DNA from: a virus | Lineage: Duplodnaviria; Caudoviricetes | Reading direction: 5' to 3' (one strand) | IMG/VR virus record: IMGVR_UViG_3300032333_000288 | Coordinates: 1 to 60,863 of that record | Length of the DNA stretch: 60,863 nt | Shown here: one piece after another, positions 9,543-18,869 of the stretch | Numbering within the stretch: position 1 is the first letter of the stretch | Layout of the letters: every line of letters begins with the position of its first letter | Position numbers and translations under genes: made by a program | The notes under the pieces: model-generated | Databases searched by the model: none | Told to the model about the DNA's origin: nothing | The model's input: the letters and a program-made list of their open reading frames with translations, nothing else

Positions 9543-10175
9543 ATGAAGCGCCACCTGACTGCCTTATTTCTCGCACTGTTCGCCTTGTTGTTGTTCGCCC
9601 CGATCCTGGCCCAGGCCGGCGAGTGCGGTGTCGGCGGCACGGCGAAAAACGTGGCGGGCATCGAGGTCACCAAGACCGACCAGGAGGCCAAGGACCAGCA
9701 GGCCCGCATCGGCTTCGACGGGTACTGGTGGACATGCCCGCCACCGAAGTTGGTTCCTCCTGTACTGCCCAAGCACTGCATACCCGAGAAGCACGAGGCA
9801 TTCCGCACCTGGACAGTCGGTGAGAACCACTGCACCACTTGGCGCAAGTACGCCACATCCCCGACTGATCCTGCGCGTGACCGCGTGATCCTCGAAGGTC
9901 GCACCGATGTGTGGCAGCAGTGGACAGGCACGATGCGCGGCATGCTGATCGAGCGTTGCGTAGCCGGTGTGCGGCAAGTGGCCGGTGCGACGTGCGAGCC
10001 GGTCACGCATTGCGATCACAAGTGGTCAACTTCAGCGGATGGCGGCAAGACGGTCTACGTGATCGACGCCCGGCCGAAACCCGTGCCAATCGGCGAAACA
10101 GTGCAGGCTGTAGCGGCCAACGGTAAGACTCTCGACGTGAAGTGCACCGTCAACGGCTTCGTGAGCCGCCGATGA
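9543..10175 (+). CDS. Secreted Cys-rich protein with Sec signal peptide
   Basis: GGAG RBS before ATG 9543. MKRHLTALFLALFALLLFAPILAQA signal; 8 Cys in the mature part. Confidence 0.65.
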   Translation: MKRHLTALFLALFALLLFAPILAQAGECGVGGTAKNVAGIEVTKTDQEAKDQQARIGFDGYWWTCPPPKLVPPVLPKHCIPEKHEAFRTWTVGENHCTTWRKYATSPTDPARDRVILEGRTDVWQQWTGTMRGMLIERCVAGVRQVAGATCEPVTHCDHKWSTSADGGKTVYVIDARPKPVPIGETVQAVAANGKTLDVKCTVNGFVSRR

Positions 10176-10269
10176 ACTTCGATCACCAGCCGCAGGTAGC
10201 AGCCGCAGGTAGCAGCAGCGGCAGTGTGGCGAAGGACGCCGTGATCCACGAACTGAGTCGGGATCGCAA

Positions 10270-10449
10270 GTGACCGAACTCACCCTGGCCCCCTCCGATC
10301 TGGCGCGACTCCGCGAGGACGCCGAACTGCTGGCGTGGGTACTGGCGCACCCAGAGACTGCAGCCGAAGAGCTGGACGACGCGGCGGCGGGCGAAGGATC
10401 TGCCAGGGCCAACCTTGAACGGCGGCGCGACTCCACATTCACAGGCTGA
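10270..10449 (+). CDS. Small acidic hypothetical protein (59 aa, MTELTLAPSDLARLRED...)
   Basis: Open frame from GTG to TGA, ending 1 nt before ATG 10451. Confidence 0.45.
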   Translation: MTELTLAPSDLARLREDAELLAWVLAHPETAAEELDDAAAGEGSARANLERRRDSTFTG

Positions 10450-10450
10450 C

Positions 10451-13400
10451 ATGGCAATCACCATCCTTGACCCCACCGTAGCCGCCGCAGTCGCTGCTGC
10501 CACGTCGCAAGAGGCCCAGCGCGCCGCGCTGCTGGCCCCGTTCGGCAGTGCCGATGTGACCGTGCGCGCACTCAACAGCGCCACCCTGCGCGAGACGATG
10601 ACCTACGGCGCCTGGGTGACGGACAGCCTGACGCCACGCGGCGCCACGCTTGGGCCGCTGCTGGCCCGGTCTGTGGCGTCCACGGGCGCACCCTCGAGCT
10701 TCGTGTTCAGGGCCGGAAGTCTGGACGTGTTCAGCATGACAGGCGGCGTGTCGCCCGAAGCGGCCGACATCGTGCTGGTGTCGGGAATCAGTGTCTCTGC
10801 CCGCACGAACTTGTCAGACGGCAGCATGAGCAAGGTCACGGTGACGGCCAATCCAGCACTTGCCGTCACGGACGCGGTTGCGACAGCCTTCGCGCTCACC
10901 ATCAGTTCCACCAGCGGAACGAACGGCATCGCTGTGACGCTCACGGTGACACCCAATGGCCCGATCCCTCCCGGCGGTGCATCGGTGACGCTGGCGGCCA
11001 GCAATGGCGGCACGCTGGGCACCACGAGCCTGTCTTTCACGTCCGGGTCGGTCGGTTCGCTGGGCACCACCCTGACACGTTCCACGGCTGGCACCAGCAC
11101 GGTCACGATGACCAACAACAAGGGCCTTTCCAACAACGGCAGCCCGGTGAGTTTCACCAGCGTGGCGCCTGCTGCTGTTGGCCCGACCCTGGCGACCCTG
11201 ACGCTGACCGGATCGGATGGCGCAAGCAAGCCGTTCACTGTAGGCCATGCCTTCAAGAAGGGCCATATCCCGGCCGGCGCGAGCATCCTGCTATCTGGCA
11301 CCAGCGTGAGCGCTCAGAGCACGATCAAGAGCACCTGGCCGGATGGTTCGGCCAAGATCGCGGTCCTGGCCGGCACGGCGACGATCTCAGGCGGCACAGC
11401 GGCGCTCACCGTGTCGTCAGGCCCTGCCGCCACTGGCACAGTGCTGACCACGGCTGACCTGATCGCCACGGGTGCCACGGCAGTGGTCGATGCTGGCGCG
11501 TTCGGGGCAGCATCGTTCGGCGATACGGAGTGGGCGGCGCCGTTCCAGGCATGGATCAGCGGGCCGCGGATGTCGTCGTGGGTGTACCGCAAGCCAGTCG
11601 GGAGCGATGCCCACCTCGTTGCGTGGCTGGAAGTGCGTCTGTACGCAGGCGGACAGGTCGAGGTGTTGCCGTGGGTCGAGAACGGATACATCACGGTGGC
11701 CGGGCCGACCAACAAGAGCGATACCTACACGTTCACGCTGGGCGGGACTTCGATGTTCAGCGCGGCCATCGACCTGAAGCACCACCAGCGCACACCGCTG
11801 GTCAGCGGGACCGCGCTTTCCTACTGGCTGGGATCGGACCCTGCCATCGTGCCACTGCACGACGCGGCTTATCTGCAGTCTACAGAGTTGGTCCCAACCT
11901 ACTTTGCAGCGATGTCGGCTGGCAGCGGTCGCGTGACGGCGCAGCCTACCAGTTTCACACCGCTGCAGGCCGGCAGCTTGGTGTACGACAGCGACAACAT
12001 GGCCTCTGCCGGGTATCAGCACCCCATCGGGCTGTTGCCTGAGCATGACGTGCTGCATCTGGTGGCCCACGCATCTGACAGGCAGACGACATACCGCAGT
12101 GTCGTGTGGAACGGCTACAGCGGTGGCCGGTACGGCATTCACTACCGCGACGAAAGCACAAACCGGCCGCTGCGCTTCAGTCAGCATCCGACGCTGAACA
12201 TCCGCAGCGGTCAAGGCTTCAAAGACACGGGCGGCAGCACGGGCAGCAATTACACGCCGGTCGTTTCCGGCGGCAACCCGCCGCAGTGGGATGTGGCACA
12301 TAGCCCGAATCTGGGGTACATGGCATACCTGCTGACGGGCCGCTTCTACTTCATGGAAGAAGTGCTGTTCGTTGCGACGGTCAACTACCTGGGCAACGGT
12401 GACAACTCGCAGTTGCGTACCGGGTCACAGGGTCTTGTGCAGACCGCCACGCAGGCATGGCAGACCCGTAGTTGCGCTTGGGATTGGCGTTCGCGGATCA
12501 TGGCTCTGACTGTCGTTCCTGATGACGACACCACGTTGCGCACCGAACTGATCTCGTGCGTCGAGTCCAACATCGCGCACTTTCACGGACGCTATGTGGC
12601 GCAGGCCAACAACCCGTTCGGCTTGATCTTGCCTGGCGAGGACGCCTATAGCGGCGGCGTCGACGAGGTCGCCATCTGGCAGCAAGATTTCGTGACAGCC
12701 GCATTCGGGTGGGCAGTGTCGCTTGATCTTCCCATCGGCACCACTCCAAAGTCGAACCTATCCGCGTTCTTCCAGTGGAAGGCGCAGAGCGTCACCATGC
12801 GGCTGGAGGCTTCGTCCGGGTGGTGGTACATCAACGGCGCCCCCTACACCATCAAGGTAGGCGGCAGCGTCAACCAAAACAGCTACAAGAATGGCACCGG
12901 CCCGTGGCCGGCAGACCCATCCGCTGTGTACGCCCTGACCTACGCTTCCCCTCCGGCATGGCTGGGCAGCACCGAGGGCACGCTGGCGTTTGATTTCCAG
13001 CCAAATTACGACGCAGGCGTTAAGGGGGTGTGGGGCAATCTGCAGCCGGCGCTGGCCTACGCGGTTCGGCATGGCGTGACTGGCGCGCTGGAGGGCTACA
13101 CGCGCATGGTCGAGGCCAACAACTGGAGCACGTTTGAAACTGCGTTTGCTAGCCGCCCGGTGTGGTCGGTCAAGCCCTCAGCCGGGCTCTTGCCAGCGTG
13201 GCTTCAGGACAAGCCTCTCAACTCGTGGTTCAGCATCCCAGGCACGACAGGGGCTGGCGGCGCTTCAGTCGATGCCTACAGCGGATTCGGCCTGCGGGAA
13301 GACACCAGCGAGCTATTTGTCATGTGCGCTGGCGGGCATCTGGACTCTTCCGACAACCGGGTCACCAGCATCAACCTCATGGACGATGCCCCGACGTGGC

Positions 13401-14245
13401 TGCTTCGTGGCGAAACGATCCCTGCGGCCCTGGACGGCAACGCATCAGCAGGCGCTGACCGGCTGATGAACGTCACCCACTACTTGGACGGCAGGCCGAC
13501 CAGCAGGCACACCTACTGGAACAACTTCTGGATGCCCGAGTTGAACCGGATGATCAGCGTGGGCGTGCGGGGCGAATACGCAGGCGCCACGGCCGGCGGC
13601 ACGGCAATAGACGGCTTTAATCCTGACACGAATCGATGGGATGCGGCCGGGACATGGCCCGACACAGCCGGCGCAGACATCATCGGTATTGGCAAAGACG
13701 GGTTTGGAGACGTTTGGACCGCCCCGCTCCGCCACAAGTTCAGCCATGACGGCCTGTATACCAACCCGTCCACATCAGGATCGTTCCCAGGCTGGCGCGG
13801 CCCGGCCAGGTGGGACGCAAACGCGCAGCGGCTTGTCGTCATCCAGTTCGGTGACGGATTCGGCTACGGTACACCAGTGATCAATATCACGCGGATGAAC
13901 CCGCTTAGCGGCGTTGGAGAGGCGATCTCCATTGCCGACAGCGCTGCAAAAACTCAGTTCATTGCTGATGCGCCGCTGAACGCTGGCTGTGATTACTGCC
14001 CGGACAACGGCAAGTTCATGTTTATCGATGGGCGCTCTGGCAAGCAGGGCCGCTTCTACTGGATCACGCCTAACTCTGGCACGACCTGGGACATGGAAAT
14101 CGCCACATTCGCGGCTGGTTCGGCCTCACTCCCCGCAGTGGGAAACGCCGGCACCCTGTCGAAGTTCCTATACATCCCGAGACTGAAGGGCTTTGTATTC
14201 ATGCCGACATCTGGAGCCGGCTTGTACTTCCTGCGCACAGCCTAG
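10451..14245 (+). CDS. Large receptor-binding/depolymerase-like protein (Thr-rich N-terminus, PcRGLX/YetA-like lyase-type region, C-terminal beta-propeller)
   Basis: PFTVGHAFKKGHIP...QSTIKSTWPDGSAKIA resembles the RIFT-barrel N-terminus. Aromatic-rich helical middle. AYSG/GGH.DS/P.SRHTY propeller-like C-terminus. Confidence 0.6.
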   Translation: MAITILDPTVAAAVAAATSQEAQRAALLAPFGSADVTVRALNSATLRETMTYGAWVTDSLTPRGATLGPLLARSVASTGAPSSFVFRAGSLDVFSMTGGVSPEAADIVLVSGISVSARTNLSDGSMSKVTVTANPALAVTDAVATAFALTISSTSGTNGIAVTLTVTPNGPIPPGGASVTLAASNGGTLGTTSLSFTSGSVGSLGTTLTRSTAGTSTVTMTNNKGLSNNGSPVSFTSVAPAAVGPTLATLTLTGSDGASKPFTVGHAFKKGHIPAGASILLSGTSVSAQSTIKSTWPDGSAKIAVLAGTATISGGTAALTVSSGPAATGTVLTTADLIATGATAVVDAGAFGAASFGDTEWAAPFQAWISGPRMSSWVYRKPVGSDAHLVAWLEVRLYAGGQVEVLPWVENGYITVAGPTNKSDTYTFTLGGTSMFSAAIDLKHHQRTPLVSGTALSYWLGSDPAIVPLHDAAYLQSTELVPTYFAAMSAGSGRVTAQPTSFTPLQAGSLVYDSDNMASAGYQHPIGLLPEHDVLHLVAHASDRQTTYRSVVWNGYSGGRYGIHYRDESTNRPLRFSQHPTLNIRSGQGFKDTGGSTGSNYTPVVSGGNPPQWDVAHSPNLGYMAYLLTGRFYFMEEVLFVATVNYLGNGDNSQLRTGSQGLVQTATQAWQTRSCAWDWRSRIMALTVVPDDDTTLRTELISCVESNIAHFHGRYVAQANNPFGLILPGEDAYSGGVDEVAIWQQDFVTAAFGWAVSLDLPIGTTPKSNLSAFFQWKAQSVTMRLEASSGWWYINGAPYTIKVGGSVNQNSYKNGTGPWPADPSAVYALTYASPPAWLGSTEGTLAFDFQPNYDAGVKGVWGNLQPALAYAVRHGVTGALEGYTRMVEANNWSTFETAFASRPVWSVKPSAGLLPAWLQDKPLNSWFSIPGTTGAGGASVDAYSGFGLREDTSELFVMCAGGHLDSSDNRVTSINLMDDAPTWLLRGETIPAALDGNASAGADRLMNVTHYLDGRPTSRHTYWNNFWMPELNRMISVGVRGEYAGATAGGTAIDGFNPDTNRWDAAGTWPDTAGADIIGIGKDGFGDVWTAPLRHKFSHDGLYTNPSTSGSFPGWRGPARWDANAQRLVVIQFGDGFGYGTPVINITRMNPLSGVGEAISIADSAAKTQFIADAPLNAGCDYCPDNGKFMFIDGRSGKQGRFYWITPNSGTTWDMEIATFAAGSASLPAVGNAGTLSKFLYIPRLKGFVFMPTSGAGLYFLRTA

Positions 14246-14269
14246 TCCACCAAACTAAACGGGCGAAAA

Positions 14270-15787
14270 ATGACTGTCCTATATTCAAACGATTTTGAGG
14301 CTGAGACTACCTCGGCTGCGCTGCCGAACTGGGAGACTAGGGGTGGCGTCGGGTTGATTGTGTACGCCGGTACTACGGGATCGGCAGTGCCAATAAGCGG
14401 CACAAAACACTACGGTAGAAACAGCAATAATGACTCGTCGTTTTGGACTGGCGGATGGTCGCTGACAGATCAAGCGGTGCGGTGTGCGCAATCGCTGATG
14501 AGCAACGGGTCTTCGATTGGCATCGTTTTGCGAGCCGCATGGACAGACCAGAATTACTACTGTTTCTTTACGTTTGACGGCTCAAACATCTGGGCGAATA
14601 TCGACATACGAGACAACGGCAGAGTGTCGCTTCACACCGCGGCGTCAGGTGTAGCAGGCACTGCCGGCGACGTTGTGCACACTGAGGCAAGGGCCGTTGG
14701 CACGTCAATTGAGTATCGTGTATGGGTTAACTCTGATGCACGGCCATCCGCGGCAACCGTGTCTGTCACAAACGGTCTATACACATCAGGGGCGCCTGGG
14801 CTGCGGAAGTACGGCGCGACAGGTCACGCCTCGGTTGACAATCTTGTCATTACTGACGCGACCGGCGGCGAGGATTACTGGTACGCACCTGTAGCCCCCA
14901 CCGTCAGCGCGCACCCATCGGCGCAGTCCGTCACCGAGCCAGCCACTGCCGGGTTCAGCGTTACGCTTTCAGGCACCTACACGGGCATCCAGTGGGAATA
15001 CAGCACGGACGGCGGCACCAGCAGCGCCGGCAACGTGCCTGGCGGGACAGGCGCGACCTCCACGTCCTACACCACGGGCGCAACTGCGGTCAGCACTGGC
15101 AGCTACCGCAACGGCTACCGCTACCGTGCGGTGGTGACGTGGAGCGGCGGGACGGTCAACAGCAACTGGGCCACGCTCACGGTGTCTGCTGCCGGTACAG
15201 CGCCGTCCATCACCGTCCAGCCGAGCAACCAGTCTGTGGATGCCGGATCGACCGCGAACTTCTCGGTCACTGCCACAGGGACTGGCACGCTCACCTACCA
15301 GTGGCAGCGCCAGCCCAGCGGGGGCGGCGGGTACACCAACATCAGCGCCGCAACGTCCAGCAGCTACACCACGCCAGCGACGACGATCACGGGCGGGTCG
15401 GCCAACAACGGCGACACGTACCGCTGCGTGGTGACCGGAGACACCGCACCGCCGGCCACGTCCAATGCGGCGACGCTGACCGTCCTGCAGCCTGTTGCCA
15501 CCACCGTGAGCGTGACACTGACGACTGACGGCACGACCCCTGCGGCCAGCCTGACCGGCCTGAAGTGGGCCTTCTACGATCAGGTCACGCCTGACTTGTT
15601 CACTGCGGCACCTGTCGTCAAGGGGGCAGCAGAGACGACGGACGGCAGCGGGGTGTTCAGCGCCTCGATCACCGGCACGACGCTGCGGCAGGGTGATGTC
15701 GGCTACCTGATCGTCACCAACAGCAACGGCACGACGACGCAGGGCGCTGCGCTCAAGGCGTTTGCTGCACCTGTGGTGGTGGCCTGA
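14270..15787 (+). CDS. Lectin-like plus two Ig-like domain virion surface protein
   Basis: Repeats APTVSAHPSAQSV...QWE...YRYRAVV and APSITVQPSNQSV...YQWQ...YRCVV. Confidence 0.75.
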   Translation: MTVLYSNDFEAETTSAALPNWETRGGVGLIVYAGTTGSAVPISGTKHYGRNSNNDSSFWTGGWSLTDQAVRCAQSLMSNGSSIGIVLRAAWTDQNYYCFFTFDGSNIWANIDIRDNGRVSLHTAASGVAGTAGDVVHTEARAVGTSIEYRVWVNSDARPSAATVSVTNGLYTSGAPGLRKYGATGHASVDNLVITDATGGEDYWYAPVAPTVSAHPSAQSVTEPATAGFSVTLSGTYTGIQWEYSTDGGTSSAGNVPGGTGATSTSYTTGATAVSTGSYRNGYRYRAVVTWSGGTVNSNWATLTVSAAGTAPSITVQPSNQSVDAGSTANFSVTATGTGTLTYQWQRQPSGGGGYTNISAATSSSYTTPATTITGGSANNGDTYRCVVTGDTAPPATSNAATLTVLQPVATTVSVTLTTDGTTPAASLTGLKWAFYDQVTPDLFTAAPVVKGAAETTDGSGVFSASITGTTLRQGDVGYLIVTNSNGTTTQGAALKAFAAPVVVA

Positions 15788-15788
15788 C

Positions 15789-16883
15789 ATGCCCGCAATC
15801 TACGCCTCGATGCGCAGCGCCTCAGACGTGGCGCTGTACCCAAGCATGGGCGAGGCGCCGCCTGTCGTCATCCCCAACGCCCCGACTGGTGTCAGTGCCA
15901 CCGCGACGGGCGGATCGACGGCCACATTCAGCCTGACCGACACCAACGGCGGGACGGCTGTCTACCGCTGGCAGATCAGCCTGGTGGGGTCTGGCACATG
16001 GGCCGACGCAGTGGGTGGCACGAACCCAGCCGTCAGCGCGACGTTCCTCGCTACGGGGGGCACGCCTGCGACCGAGTGGCTTGTGCGGGCGCGTGGAGAG
16101 ACGGGTGCCGGCGACAGCGCGTGGGTGCAGGCCAGCACCAGTTTCTGGTTCGACAACACGGGCGTGGGTGGCGGGACCATCGGCGCGGCCGACACGACGC
16201 CCCCAACGCTGACCGGCAGCATCGCCATCACAGCCCTGACGGCGGCCAGCTACACGGCAACGTGCCCAGTGGCATCCGATGCTGTTGGCGTGAGCGGGTA
16301 TCAGTGGCGCCTGGGTGGGTCTGGCGCATGGACAGATATCGCATCCGGTGGGAGAGTCGCCAGCTTCTCAGGCCGCACCCCGTCAAGCACCGACACGCTG
16401 GAGATGCGCGCCCGGGATGCGGCCGGGAACTTCTCTCCAGCCCTGACGACCAGCGTCACGCTGCTGGCTGTAGGCGTGGCGCCAACGGTCACGCTGCAGC
16501 CTGTCGGCGCAACGATTGTCGAGGGTGTCACTGCCACGTTCACGGCGAGTTTCGACGGCGTGCCGACGCCGACATATCAGTGGTACAGGGACGGCCTGGC
16601 GATCAGCGACGAGACGGGGCTGTCGTACAGCCTGGTCACTGTGCTGGCCGACAACGGGGTCATCTTCACTTGCGTTGCGACGAACGCGGCCGGGACCGTA
16701 ACGACCGACCCGGTGACGCTGCTGGTGGTCCCGCAAGGATCGGCAACCGCATCCGAAATCTGGAACTACGTCCTATCCAACGGGCAGACCGCTGAGGTGA
16801 ACGTCCTGGCGATCCGCACGCTACTTGAGAGCATGCCCGCCTCGGCCATCGCCGACGCAGTGTGGGCGAAGGTGCTGCCATGA
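15789..16883 (+). CDS. FN3/Ig-like domain virion protein
   Basis: PNAPTGVSAT, DTTPPTL...ASDAVGVSGY...RARDAAGNFS (FN3-like), PTPTYQWYRDG...CVATN (Ig I-set-like). Confidence 0.75.
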   Translation: MPAIYASMRSASDVALYPSMGEAPPVVIPNAPTGVSATATGGSTATFSLTDTNGGTAVYRWQISLVGSGTWADAVGGTNPAVSATFLATGGTPATEWLVRARGETGAGDSAWVQASTSFWFDNTGVGGGTIGAADTTPPTLTGSIAITALTAASYTATCPVASDAVGVSGYQWRLGGSGAWTDIASGGRVASFSGRTPSSTDTLEMRARDAAGNFSPALTTSVTLLAVGVAPTVTLQPVGATIVEGVTATFTASFDGVPTPTYQWYRDGLAISDETGLSYSLVTVLADNGVIFTCVATNAAGTVTTDPVTLLVVPQGSATASEIWNYVLSNGQTAEVNVLAIRTLLESMPASAIADAVWAKVLP

Positions 16884-17065
16884 CAACCGGCGCCCGTCTC
16901 GTTTCGCTCTCCGGGCTGTCGAGCGGCACGGCCATGGCGCATCTGCTGGCCATCGTCACGGGTGGCGGCTCGGGCATGATCGTGAATGACGGCATCGCAG
17001 TGGAGATGGCCCCCATGGAAGTAGAAGCGCTACTGGCGGACGTACCAATCGTGGCTGAGCTGTAG
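16880..17065 (+). CDS. Small hypothetical protein; the frame continues past TAG to TGA at 17128
   Basis: ATGA overlap with the upstream gene; see findings. Confidence 0.6.
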   Translation: MTTGARLVSLSGLSSGTAMAHLLAIVTGGGSGMIVNDGIAVEMAPMEVEALLADVPIVAEL

Positions 17066-17124
17066 GACACAGCCACCCTGGTCGAAGTTGCATCCGCCGA
17101 ACCAATCATCGTGGAGATTTGCGA

Positions 17125-17460
17125 ATGACCGACATCACCCGCAAGCGCGGCGACACCTACGCCGACGAGTTCATCATCAAGAGCAAGACCACGAAGCTCC
17201 CGATCAACATCGCGGGGTACACGTTCACGCTCACAGTGGACCCGTCGAAGACCCCAGTCGATGACGCGGAGAACCTCTACCAGCTCGCGGGGACGATCCT
17301 CGACGCTGCCAACGGGCGTGTCGAGTTCGCACCCACTGCAATGCAAGCCGACCAAGTCGGCGCGTTCTACTTCGACGTGCAGATGATCGACGGTGCAGGA
17401 CGCAAGCGCACCATCGAAGGCGGCAAGTACAAGTACGAGCAAGACATCACAAAGACCTGA
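17125..17460 (+). CDS. BppU-N-like Ig-fold tail/baseplate protein
   Basis: RGDT...PINIAGYTFTL...DAANGRVEF...FYFDVQM...RTIEGG pattern. Confidence 0.6.
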   Translation: MTDITRKRGDTYADEFIIKSKTTKLPINIAGYTFTLTVDPSKTPVDDAENLYQLAGTILDAANGRVEFAPTAMQADQVGAFYFDVQMIDGAGRKRTIEGGKYKYEQDITKT

Positions 17461-17464
17461 CAAA

Positions 17465-17488
17465 ATCGAAGCTCGAACATAGATCGGA
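17465..17488 (+). promoter_or_regulatory. Recurrent motif upstream of the lysis cassette
   Basis: atcgaagctcgaacatagatcgga, 21/24 identical to 27382-27405. Confidence 0.65.
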
Positions 17489-17495
17489 GTACGAC

Positions 17496-17819
17496 TTGAA
17501 TGCACACACAGACAACGCGCCCCTCGATTCGCCAACGCCACCACGGCGGAAACCAGTCTTCGATCCGACCATCAACTTGGGGCACATCCTGACGTTCCTC
17601 GGCTTCATCGCCGTCGGCGGCGGGGCCTACCTGAACATCGAGAAACGAGTCACGGTGCAGGAGGTTCGCAGCGAGCTGACCTACCGCGCCATGGAAGAAG
17701 AGAAGGGGCGTAACAACTCCAACCTCAACGAGATCAAGAACGACATCAAGGAAGTCCGTCGCGGCATTGACGAGCTGCGCAGCAACAACAGCAACACCGG
17801 CAACGGAGGCCGCAAATGA
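17496..17819 (+). CDS. Single-TM plus coiled-coil membrane protein (holin/antiholin-associated)
   Basis: TINLGHILTFLGFIAVGGGAY TM segment followed by a coiled coil. GGAG RBS, TTG start. Confidence 0.65.
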   Translation: MNAHTDNAPLDSPTPPRRKPVFDPTINLGHILTFLGFIAVGGGAYLNIEKRVTVQEVRSELTYRAMEEEKGRNNSNLNEIKNDIKEVRRGIDELRSNNSNTGNGGRK

Positions 17820-18022
17820 AACTCGTAGCTGACTGGAAGAAGAGCTGGACGTGGTTCAGCATGTGGGCCGCGTCGGTCATTGTGGCCTGGGGCTTAATCC
17901 CCTACGAAGGTCAAGTGGCCATCGCCGCGCTGCTGCACATCCCCGCCCCTGCGATCCCTGCCGTCCTCGGCCTCATGGTCATGGCGGGCCGGCTGACCAG
18001 TCAGACGAAGGCACCCGAGTGA
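17816..18022 (+). CDS. Holin
   Basis: 68 aa with two hydrophobic segments, MKLVADWKKSWTWFSMW N-terminus, upstream of the lysin. Confidence 0.75.
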   Translation: MKLVADWKKSWTWFSMWAASVIVAWGLIPYEGQVAIAALLHIPAPAIPAVLGLMVMAGRLTSQTKAPE

Positions 18023-18420
18023 AGCTCGCCCTGCGACGCACTGCGTACACGCTCAACAGCACCATCGGCGAGCTGAGCGTGGACGGCGTCTTCGAGTGCT
18101 ACACGCTCGAAGACATGGTGCGCAACAACGGGGTGAAGGTCTACGGCAAGACCGCCATCGACCCAGGCACGTATGCCGTGGAGCTGACCCGCAGCCCGAG
18201 GTTCAAGCGCATCCTGCCGCTGCTGATCAACGTGAAGAACTTCACCGGCGTGCGCATCCATCCGGGCAACTCCGCCAAGGACACCGAAGGGTGCATCCTG
18301 GTCGGGCGCGTCAAGGGCATCGACTGGATCGGCCAGAGCGTGGCGGCGTTCGACAAGCTCTTCGCGAAGCTGGACAACGCCATCAAGTGTGGCGACTCAG
18401 TCTCACTGGAGATCACATGA
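18019..18420 (+). CDS. DUF5675-family protein, probable endolysin
   Basis: STIGEL...CYTLE...TAIDPGTY...GVRIHPGN...DTEGCILVG, located between holin and spanins. Confidence 0.8.
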   Translation: MKLALRRTAYTLNSTIGELSVDGVFECYTLEDMVRNNGVKVYGKTAIDPGTYAVELTRSPRFKRILPLLINVKNFTGVRIHPGNSAKDTEGCILVGRVKGIDWIGQSVAAFDKLFAKLDNAIKCGDSVSLEIT

Positions 18421-18869
18421 TCGCTGTCTATGCCGCCCTGGCCTCCGCTGCCGTCTCGCTCGCCCTCGGCGGCTGGCTCGGCGTGCGATGGGAAGAAGGC
18501 AACCAGGCCATCGCCCTGAAGGCCGCGAACGATGCCCGCAAGGTCGCCGAACAGAACGCTGCCGACGTGGCGCTCACTCACGCCAACAATACCGCCGCGA
18601 TTGCGGCCCAACTAGGAGACCTCCGTGTTCGCATCCGCTCCCTCACGACTGGCCGTGATTGCCTCAGCGCTGCTGCTGTGCGCGTGCTCAACGACGGCTC
18701 CGCCCCCGGTGTGCCCGCCGCTGCCGCCCAACCTGCAAGTGCGCCCGAAGCCGCTGCCACCGATCAAGATGTCGGGGACGCCCTTGCCATCTGCCGCAGC
18801 GGTTACAGCCAGCTCTCCGAGCAACTGAACGCCATCCTCGACATCACCACAGCAAATTCGCGGCACTGA
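18417..18869 (+). CDS. Inner-membrane spanin (Rz-like)
   Basis: N-terminal TM segment, Ala-rich coiled coil, follows the lysin. Confidence 0.75.
   Translation: MIAVYAALASAAVSLALGGWLGVRWEEGNQAIALKAANDARKVAEQNAADVALTHANNTAAIAAQLGDLRVRIRSLTTGRDCLSAAAVRVLNDGSAPGVPAAAAQPASAPEAAATDQDVGDALAICRSGYSQLSEQLNAILDITTANSRH
18625..18828 (+). CDS. Outer-membrane lipoprotein spanin (Rz1-like), nested in the +1 frame
   Basis: AGGAG RBS, lipobox LLCA-C, Pro-rich mature part, fully embedded in the Rz-like gene. Confidence 0.75.
   Translation: MFASAPSRLAVIASALLLCACSTTAPPPVCPPLPPNLQVRPKPLPPIKMSGTPLPSAAAVTASSPSN

Noticed and set aside
10188-10213. 13-bp tandem duplication agccgcaggtagc x2
   Set aside because: Only two copies, and removing one does not restore a longer ORF. 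Probably a local slippage event.
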